From positions 1 to 27,453 of the forward strand of contig JAYZFK010000065.1 of NCBI GenBank assembly GCA_036336835.1: DNA of 27,453 nt. Direction: 5' to 3'. The DNA comes from Myxococcota bacterium. Lineage in GTDB: Bacteria > Myxococcota_A > UBA9160 > UBA4427. The notes below the pieces were generated by a model. The model saw only the letters and a program-made list of their open reading frames with translations, did no database searches and was not told the origin of the DNA. The stretch's first letter is position 1; each line of letters opens with the position of its first letter. A program made the position numbers and the translations under genes. This document shows positions 18,859-25,798 of this stretch, one piece after another.

Positions 18859-20397
18859 CTACAGCCTGCGTTTCGCGAGATCGCGCAGGATTCCGCCGAT
18901 GAGCAAGACCATGAGTAGCGCGAGTGGCAGGCCGATCACGATCGAGGCGGCCTGGAGCGCCGGCAGGCCCCCCGCGAGCAACAGTACCGTCGTGGTCATC
19001 GCCAGCGCGACGCCCCAGAAGACCTTCGCGGGGGCAGCCTCATCGGTACCGAGCAGATGGCACATCACCAGCGTGGCGGAGTCGAGCGAGGTGATCAGCC
19101 AGGTGAGAAGCAGAAGCGCCGCCGTGCCCGTCAGGAGCACGCCGATCGTCGGCCTCCCCAGGTTGTCGATCACGGTCGCGATTCCGAGGCTGTAGTCCTG
19201 GTTCACGGCTGCGCTCACCGAGCCCGGGCTCGCGATCTCCTGGTAGAGGGCCGTACCTCCGAAAACGGACATCCACACGATGGTCACGAGCGTCGGAACC
19301 AGCATCACGGCGACGCAGAACTCGCGAACCGTTCGGCCCCGAGAAATCCGCGCGATGAACAGGCCAACGAAGGGGGTCCATGCGAGCCACCACCCCCAGT
19401 AGAAGAGGGTCCAGGCGGCCTGCCACTCCTCGTGCTCCGGCGTCTCTGCGAGCCACATGCCGGTGGGCAGGACGTGCACGACATAGTCGATCAGGGTCTC
19501 GACGAACAGACCCGCAAGAAAGGTCGTCGGTCCGACGACCGCAAAGGCGATCAGCAACAGCGCACTGAGCCAGACGTTGGCCTCGCTGAGCCGGCGGATT
19601 CCCCGTGCGAGTCCGGAGACGGCGGAGAGGGTGCCCAACAGGCAGACGGCGAAGACGATGACGATCTGGTTGGAGATGTCCACGTCGATCTGGAAGAGCG
19701 AGCCGAGGGTCGCGTTCATCGCGGCAGCAGAGAGCCCGATCGAGGTCGAGACACCGCAAACGGTCCCGAACACCGCGATCAGATCCACGGCGAGCCCGGG
19801 CCAACGGTCGATGTACTTCGGACCGAGCAGCGGGTAGAACGCGGAACGGAAGGTCAACGGACGTCCGTGGCGATAGCTGTAGATCGCGATCCCGAGGCCG
19901 GCCAGCACGTAGAACGCCCAGCCGTGCAGTCCCCAGTGCAGGACGGTCAGTCGCATCGCGGTCGTCACCGCAGCCCTTCCGCCCTCGCCGCCATAACCTC
20001 CGATGAATGGGTTGCCCTGTTGGTGCGTGATCGGCTCGGCGGTCGCCCAGTACAGGACCCCGGATGCGAGCCCCGCCGAGAACAACATCGCGAACCAGGC
20101 CAGGTTGCCGAACTCCGGTCGCGAGCCCGCAGGCCCCAGCCGCTCGCCCGCGCGGGGGTGAATCGCAAGGCCCGCGACGACGACCACCGCGAGCGTTGCG
20201 ACCAGGACGAACAGCCAGCCGAAGTAGTGGATCACCCAGTCCCGGGCCGCCACCAGGATCGCGCTCGCGGCTTCGATGGAGACCGCGGACCCGACCACGA
20301 AGGCCGCGACGGTCGCCACTGCAACCCGGGAGGAAGTGCTCGGAAGGCCGATCCGGGCGAGTACCCGATCGGGCATCGAGCGTTGGGGGCTCGGCAT
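18859..20397 (-). CDS. BCCT family (betaine/carnitine/choline) transporter
   Basis: Motifs PEF...WFAMLFSAG, HWGLHGW, WTLFYWGWWLAWTPFVGLFIARISRGRTVREF, ITSLDS and LQAASI. Confidence 0.95.
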   Translation of the reverse strand: MPSPQRSMPDRVLARIGLPSTSSRVAVATVAAFVVGSAVSIEAASAILVAARDWVIHYFGWLFVLVATLAVVVVAGLAIHPRAGERLGPAGSRPEFGNLAWFAMLFSAGLASGVLYWATAEPITHQQGNPFIGGYGGEGGRAAVTTAMRLTVLHWGLHGWAFYVLAGLGIAIYSYRHGRPLTFRSAFYPLLGPKYIDRWPGLAVDLIAVFGTVCGVSTSIGLSAAAMNATLGSLFQIDVDISNQIVIVFAVCLLGTLSAVSGLARGIRRLSEANVWLSALLLIAFAVVGPTTFLAGLFVETLIDYVVHVLPTGMWLAETPEHEEWQAAWTLFYWGWWLAWTPFVGLFIARISRGRTVREFCVAVMLVPTLVTIVWMSVFGGTALYQEIASPGSVSAAVNQDYSLGIATVIDNLGRPTIGVLLTGTAALLLLTWLITSLDSATLVMCHLLGTDEAAPAKVFWGVALAMTTTVLLLAGGLPALQAASIVIGLPLALLMVLLIGGILRDLAKRRL

Positions 20398-20491
20398 GGC
20401 GTCGATCCCCTACTCGGCGTAGTCGCGGCCACGCCTGCTGGCAACCTCGCGGGCACTCGGGTTGACCGACGGCCGTGTCGCCGGTCGCTGG

Positions 20492-21226
20492 TCAGGACCC
20501 GCTACTCGGCTCCGGCCCAGCCCCCGCGGCGTCTTCCTTGGGCAGGCAGAAGAGATATCCGACACCGTGGCGCGTTTCGAGCAGCCGGTCATAGCCCCAC
20601 GGCTGCAGCGTCTGGCGCAGCGCCGCGATGTGGACGTCGACCGTGCGCTTCGCCACGTACACGTCCGCACCCCAGACGGCCTGGCGCAGCTCGTCGCGTC
20701 CGTGCACTTGCTCGGGGCGGCGCAGGAAGAACTCCAGCAGGCCGTATTCGATCGGAGGCAGGACAACCTGTTCCCCGTGCACGAACAACGCCTTGCGGCG
20801 AACGTCGAGCCGCAGCTCCCCCGCCGAGATCACGCCCGTCTCGTCGATCGGCGAGACCCGACGCAGCACCGCGCGGACCCGCGCCAGCAGCTCGCTCGAG
20901 GAGAAGGGCTTCCGGACGTAGTCGTCCACCCCAGAGCCGAAGCCCTTGAGCACCTCCTCCTGCTTGCTCTTGGCGGTCACCATCACCACTGGGATCTCCT
21001 TGAGCTGCGGCTCCTCCTTCAGCCACTTCAGAAAATCGATCCCGCTCATCTCCGGAAGCATCCAATCGAGCACGATCAGATCGACCGTTTCCACCGCGAG
21101 CTGGCCCCGGGCCTCGCGCGCGTCGCCGGCCAGCAGAACACTGAGGCCTCCCTCCGTCAGCATCCGCGAGAGCAGCGTCTGGATCAGCGGATCGTCGTCG
21201 ACCACCAGAATTCTATGAACCGTCAC
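20492..21226 (-). CDS. OmpR/PhoB-family DNA-binding response regulator (PhoB paralogue)
   Basis: GGAGG RBS before GTG at 21226. REC motifs ILVVDDD, VLDWMLP, MVTAK and DDYVRKPF; winged-HTH motifs RTVDVHI and GVGY. Confidence 0.92.
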   Translation of the reverse strand: MTVHRILVVDDDPLIQTLLSRMLTEGGLSVLLAGDAREARGQLAVETVDLIVLDWMLPEMSGIDFLKWLKEEPQLKEIPVVMVTAKSKQEEVLKGFGSGVDDYVRKPFSSSELLARVRAVLRRVSPIDETGVISAGELRLDVRRKALFVHGEQVVLPPIEYGLLEFFLRRPEQVHGRDELRQAVWGADVYVAKRTVDVHIAALRQTLQPWGYDRLLETRHGVGYLFCLPKEDAAGAGPEPSSGS

Positions 21227-21290
21227 GGACAGCGCCCTCCTCCCGGCTCGAGTAGCAACAGACGAGCGCCGCGCAAGAGAAGCCGCGGCA

Positions 21291-23480
21291 TCATCGAGAC
21301 CCTCGGGGATCTTCGTTCGTGGGCGACGCGGTCGACGTCTGGATGCTCGCTTCGATCTGGATGACCAGCGCCTTGATCCGCGAGAGCACGCCGGCAACGT
21401 CACCGGCGTTTTGACGCTCGGCGACCTCCTCGAGTCGCACGGTCAAATCGTTCAACGCGTCGATCCCGAGGAAGAGTGAGCTTCCCCTCAGGCTGTGAGC
21501 CTGCCGGGAGACCTCTTCGAAGTCCTCCCTGTCGAGCGACTGCCGGAGCTTCGCGATCGTCGCAGGCGCCGCGGCCACGAAGTCACGGAGGAACTCGATC
21601 GCTCTGCTGGTGTCGCCGATCTCCAGGAGCGGGGACGAGGCGACAAAATCGGCCAGGTCGGTACTCGGGGATACAGCGTCAAGAGTCTCTACGGAGGTAT
21701 CGCGCAGCGCGTGCCTCACGCCCTGGGAGCGCCCAGTACGGGTCTTGCCACCCAGCACATTCACCAGGGTGTTCATCGTGATCGGCTTGGCGAGGTAGTC
21801 GCTCATTCCGGCGGCAAGGCCAGCTTCCCGGTCCTTCGAGAACGCATTGGCGCTCAGCCCGATGATCGGGGTCGCCGCGTTGTGTCCGCCACGCTCGCGA
21901 ATCGTGCGGGTAGTCTCGTACCCGTCCATGCCGGGCATCCGGATGTCCATCAGGATTGCCCCGAAGTCGCGCTCGGCCGTAATGGCGATCGCCGCCTCTC
22001 CGTCCACCGCCGACTCGGTCTCGATGCCCAGCCACGCGATCATGTCGATGACCATGGACCGGTTGATCTCGTTGTCGTCGACTACCAGGATCGGCAGCGC
22101 CGTGTCGAACGCATTCCCGAGGGTCTCGAGCCATTCGGACCGCTCGGGCGTCGTACTCTTCGACGGCGCTGTGACTTGCGTCCCAAGTGGGAATTCGAAC
22201 CAGAAGAGGCTTCCCTGCCCCGGCGTCGACTCGACCCCGACACGCCCCCCACACATCTCGCAGATCTTCCGCGAAATCGCCAGTCCGAGGCCACTGCCCC
22301 CAAGCTCAGGCCCCGCAGCTTCGCGCAGCTGCGTAAAGCGGTCGAAGACCCGCATCTGGTCCGCGGAAGCGATCCCGATCCCCGTATCCGCGACTTCCAC
22401 ACGCACCAGCACTCCTTGCGCTGCGGGCGCCACCTTCACGGCGATCTCGACCCTGCCCTTCTCGGTGAACTTGATGGCGTTTTGAGTGAGATTGACGAGC
22501 ACCCGGTTGAACAGGTCGACTTCTCCATGCACAGAACGAGGGACATCATCGTCGATCGTACTGCGAAGATCGAGCCCCTTGTCGTGGGCAATGGGGCTGA
22601 AGAGACGTACGACGTGCGTGACCACACTGTGGAGATTGAAGTCCTCTTCGACCCGATCGAATGTCCCCGATTCGAGCTTCGAGAACTCGAGGATCCCGTC
22701 GAGCAGCGAGTTCAAGGCGCGCGCCGCCGTCTCGATCGCGGAGAGATGTTGGCGCCGAGCCGTCACCGGATCCATCTGCAGCAGGAGACTCGTCAGCCCG
22801 GTGATGGCGTTCATCGGCGTTCGGATTTCGTGGCTCATGCTCGTCAGAAAGAGGTCCTTGCTCTCGTCGGCGGCGTGCCGCGCGACGATCTGCTCCTCCA
22901 GGTCTCGATTCACCTGCTCGAGCTTGCTCGCCAGCTGCGTCGTCTCCTCGATCAACGAGTCCTTCATTCGCAGGGCGAGTAGATAGTCGACCACGAAGTC
23001 GAACGGCGCGAAGTCGGAGAGCGTGAGATCGTAGCGGACGAGTTGTTCCCTGGCGGTCAGAAGCGGCGATCCGATGAAGGCGAGACGTGCGGGCGCCTGC
23101 GAAGCGAGCAGCTGCATCCGAAAGAACAAGCCGCTCGCCAGGTGTTCCAGCACGTATGTCGCGCCCGCGGTGCCGGCGCCCTCTGCCGACCAGAAAACGT
23201 CCGCCGACCCTTCTGTGCTGGATCCGAGGTGCGGCGTCTCCGGACTGTGCGCGGCGTCGCGGCCGCCCACCCTGTACGCCGCGCGGCACAGAGCCTCGAA
23301 CTCCGGGGCGATCCGAGGGGTGCGGATACGGAAGAGATCGCCGAAGGCCGGGCGCTCGGTAACCGCCGGATCGATCTTTGCGACGGAGCCACCGTGGCCC
23401 ACGATTCGCAGCTCGGAGTCGAGCACGAGATGGAACGGGAAGAGGCGCGCGACCAGTGCGTCGTCGAATCGGTGGATCAC
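21291..23480 (-). CDS. Cytoplasmic hybrid histidine kinase HNOBA-HisKA-HATPase-REC-Hpt
   Basis: N-terminal LFPFHLVLD...LAFIGSP...LTLSDFAPFD matches the sGC H-NOXA/HNOBA PAS signature. H-box SHEIRTPMN, NAIKFT, DTGIGI, GSGLGL; REC VVDD/LMDIRMP/YLAKP; Hpt AHSLRGSS. No TM helix. GTGA overlap with the H-NOX stop. Confidence 0.92.
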   Translation of the reverse strand: MIHRFDDALVARLFPFHLVLDSELRIVGHGGSVAKIDPAVTERPAFGDLFRIRTPRIAPEFEALCRAAYRVGGRDAAHSPETPHLGSSTEGSADVFWSAEGAGTAGATYVLEHLASGLFFRMQLLASQAPARLAFIGSPLLTAREQLVRYDLTLSDFAPFDFVVDYLLALRMKDSLIEETTQLASKLEQVNRDLEEQIVARHAADESKDLFLTSMSHEIRTPMNAITGLTSLLLQMDPVTARRQHLSAIETAARALNSLLDGILEFSKLESGTFDRVEEDFNLHSVVTHVVRLFSPIAHDKGLDLRSTIDDDVPRSVHGEVDLFNRVLVNLTQNAIKFTEKGRVEIAVKVAPAAQGVLVRVEVADTGIGIASADQMRVFDRFTQLREAAGPELGGSGLGLAISRKICEMCGGRVGVESTPGQGSLFWFEFPLGTQVTAPSKSTTPERSEWLETLGNAFDTALPILVVDDNEINRSMVIDMIAWLGIETESAVDGEAAIAITAERDFGAILMDIRMPGMDGYETTRTIRERGGHNAATPIIGLSANAFSKDREAGLAAGMSDYLAKPITMNTLVNVLGGKTRTGRSQGVRHALRDTSVETLDAVSPSTDLADFVASSPLLEIGDTSRAIEFLRDFVAAAPATIAKLRQSLDREDFEEVSRQAHSLRGSSLFLGIDALNDLTVRLEEVAERQNAGDVAGVLSRIKALVIQIEASIQTSTASPTNEDPRGSR

Positions 23481-24136
23481 GATCGAGTATGCAGCCCGGT
23501 GCCGCGGTCTCGTATGGACTCGCCAGCTTTCACCGGACGCCCCGCCTCCTCGGGCGCCGTAGACCGATCGTTGGGAAACCCCTGGACCTCCTGGCTCTCC
23601 ACGAACTGCACGAGGAACTTCATCGACTCTTCCGACTCGGTAGCGACTGGCTCAGTCTTCGTCTCGTAGCCGAGCATGCGGCCGAGGCCCCGCACGAGCC
23701 CGATGACCATCGGTCCGAGGCCGGCACGTTCAGACGCGTAGTACAGAACCAGAGAGCCCTCGGTGATGTCGTCACACCAGAATGACGGGGGCTCCATCTC
23801 CTCGAACGACTGCCCGATGCGGGTATGAAGGTGATCGAGGTTCTGCAGGACCTCTGGCAACGTGCGCCCAGCCATCCACAGGAGATCGGCGTAGTCGCTG
23901 CGGAGCGCGAACCCGACCCAGTACTCGCCAACCTTATCTAGAATAACATCGGCCGGCTCGCCGAGGATCTCTGAGGCCGCCCCGATCAGCGCGTAGGACA
24001 CCTCGTCCGGATACTGCTGCATGCTGGCGAAATTCTTCTCTTCGCACGCCGCGCGTGCCCGCACGGCGTCGCTCCTCTCGGTGCCGTACTCCTCACAGAG
24101 GAATTCGAGGATGGCCTGATTGATCATCCCGTACAT
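23477..24136 (-). CDS. hnoX: H-NOX (heme NO/O2-binding) protein, 219 aa
   Basis: Starts MYGMINQA. Contains YPD, GEYW, proximal His in NLDHLH (H104), PPSF.C and Y-x-S-x-R (YASER). Confidence 0.93.
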   Translation of the reverse strand: MYGMINQAILEFLCEEYGTERSDAVRARAACEEKNFASMQQYPDEVSYALIGAASEILGEPADVILDKVGEYWVGFALRSDYADLLWMAGRTLPEVLQNLDHLHTRIGQSFEEMEPPSFWCDDITEGSLVLYYASERAGLGPMVIGLVRGLGRMLGYETKTEPVATESEESMKFLVQFVESQEVQGFPNDRSTAPEEAGRPVKAGESIRDRGTGLHTRS

Positions 24137-24535
24137 CGCGATCCATTTTCCGAGGTTATTCCCGACGCGAATCAGGAACTCGAGGGAGTCGAAGCGGCTC
24201 TCGAGCCGCGGCAACTGCCCCGATGGTCTTCCGCGACGAGAATATGCCGTGAAATGGCTAGCGAGGGCAAGCAAGGGACCGGCCTGGCCGATCTCGCTTC
24301 TCATTGCCCTTCCGGTGCCGCCAGACATCCGACCACGAGGTCTGCACAACGCTGCAGGCGGTCCTCGTGAACGTCGCGTTCGGGGCTCTGCGGTGCCGTA
24401 CGATGAACGCGCACGCCGCCGTAGCTGGGAAAAGCCGGTCTGTGGCGTTCGTCCGGAGATGCGGCGACTCGGTCGAAACTCGTAGGAGGAAGACACCGCT
24501 CACGCGGCTGAGTGGGCGAATTATGAGGCTTTTCC

Positions 24536-24576
24536 GAGTTGTGAAGCTTTTGTGATCCTCGCGCAGAGCGATTGCG
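24536..24576. repeat. 41-bp imperfect direct repeat, copy 1 (contains TTGTGA-N5-TTGTGA)
   Basis: GAGTTGTGAAGCTTTTGTGATCCTCGCGCAGAGCGATTGCG is 31/41 identical, without gaps, to 25033-25073 (manual alignment). Confidence 0.7.
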
Positions 24577-24681
24577 ACGCTCGAGCCGGTCGAGCAGAAT
24601 GCTGGACGTGCGGCTGACACGCGCGTCCCGGGCCCTGATTGGGGAAAAGTTGGAGAGATGGAATCCAGGTGCTCGGGGTGA

Positions 24682-24886
24682 GAAGCTGGGGGGCTTCGCG
24701 CGACGCGGATGAGGGTGGCGATTCGACCTTTTGGGGGGGTACGAATCGTCACCCACATCCTTGCCAGAGCTGCGGCCTGGCCGAAGCCCTTCGCAGCGTG
24801 TGACGAATCACCCGTCGTAGGCTCCGACGGAGGGGCGGGCGACTCGGCCTTTGGGGGGACAACGAGTCGCCAGCCGCATCCTCTCC
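24682..24886 (-). ncRNA. Candidate sRNA with three stem-loops whose loops begin CCCCCA (strand and ends uncertain)
   Basis: Hairpins at 24682-24697, 24707-24760 and 24829-24886. The two long ones share a loop and show a compensatory stem change. Confidence 0.4.
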
Positions 24887-25032
24887 AGGGTCTGCATCCA
24901 GCGCGGAACACCTCACGCTAGTCGACGGGCCGCGCCATCTGGGCCATCAATGTGTGACCGTCTGAGCGATCATGGAACGTACCCTCCAGTAGAGTTCGCG
25001 CGGATGAGACACACAGATCCGGCAACCGAGAT

Positions 25033-25073
25033 GAGTTGCAAAGGTTTCGTGAAGCTCGGCCAGAAGGATTGCG
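25033..25073. repeat. 41-bp imperfect direct repeat, copy 2
   Basis: GAGTTGCAAAGGTTTCGTGAAGCTCGGCCAGAAGGATTGCG lies 497 bp from copy 1 and ends 30 bp before ATG 25104. Confidence 0.7.
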
Positions 25074-25103
25074 CGGCGTCCCGAGACAGGCGAAACACCG
25101 GCA

Positions 25104-25376
25104 ATGTCGTCGGCAGAACCCATCGAATCGGAGCGGGGCCTCGTTAGCCCGCGTATGCTCCAGGTCTGTGCCTGGTGCGAGCAGGGGAGTCACAGCGCTG
25201 GGGCTGCGGCTTCCGGGATCACGCACGGGGTCTGCACCTCCTGCCTCCATGAGCGGCTGGAGCAGCTCAACGAGTCGGGCGCTCGGCAGCACGCCGTAGA
25301 GAAGAACCAAGCCGCGCTCTGCTTCCGGACGGAGCGCCAGGCCGAAGAATTCGAAGACTCCCACGATTCCTGTTAG
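25104..25376 (+). CDS. Small putative Zn-finger protein (CAWC...THGVCTSC)
   Basis: VCAWC-x14-THGVCTSC matches the recurrent CxxC...(S/T)HG(I/V)CxxC motif. Alternative ATG at 25155; RBS weak. Confidence 0.55.
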   Translation: MSSAEPIESERGLVSPRMLQVCAWCEQGSHSAGAAASGITHGVCTSCLHERLEQLNESGARQHAVEKNQAALCFRTERQAEEFEDSHDSC

Positions 25377-25798
25377 TGCATCGAGGTACCGCGTTCGAAT
25401 CCAGAACTCGTTGCTACGGGGCCTGCTTTGTGCGCGGACCCCAGGCCCCGATACGACGGCCGCTCTTCCTCACAAGTCTCTGCTCGTGATCTGGTCCCGA
25501 GAACTCATCAGGCTCGCATGACACCTCTGCCGCTCTGGCCGGTGAGGAGAGGACGAGAGAGCCGAGAATCGACCTGCGGAAGGGCAGATCATCGGGGTTC
25601 CGGGCAGCAGAGTTCGCACGGAGCCACTCGCTGACTCGGCGCAGGGTGCAACTTCGACCACGAGAGGGTACAGCGACCATACCGGCTGAGCGCTCGTGTT
25701 CCGGCGCAAGGGGCACGAACGACGGGGTGCCTGATCCCATCGCAGCGCGTACCATCGAGATCTCCCACCACATCCCCGCGTCCCTCGAACAGATCGCC

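Noticed and set aside
20492..21226. Calling the regulator phoB (phosphate regulon)
   Set aside because: The recognition-helix arginines are replaced and no phoR/pst/phoU context is present.
24137..24496. 120-codon in-frame extension upstream of the H-NOX ATG (ORF 23477..24496)
   Set aside because: Arg/Gly/Pro-rich with no domain signal. H-NOX domains normally begin at the MYG/MKG N-terminus, found at 24136.
24280..24784. CGGCCTGGCCGA present at 24280 and 24773
   Set aside because: A short, very GC-rich palindrome that could plausibly recur by chance; no positional logic.
24640..24860. G-tracts as a G-quadruplex, or the hairpins as a CRISPR array
   Set aside because: The main tracts are about 40-120 nt apart and sit in hairpin loops. 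The repeats are too few, too divergent and irregularly spaced, and there are no cas genes.
25056..25073. Sigma-54-like TCGGC...TTGC in repeat copy 2
   Set aside because: GG and GC are separated by 11 nt rather than the required 10, and copy 1 lacks the GG.
25393..25402. GTTCGAATCC resembling a tRNA T-loop or att site
   Set aside because: Flanks (CCGCG/CCAGA) do not form a T-stem, and there is no cloverleaf or CCA end.
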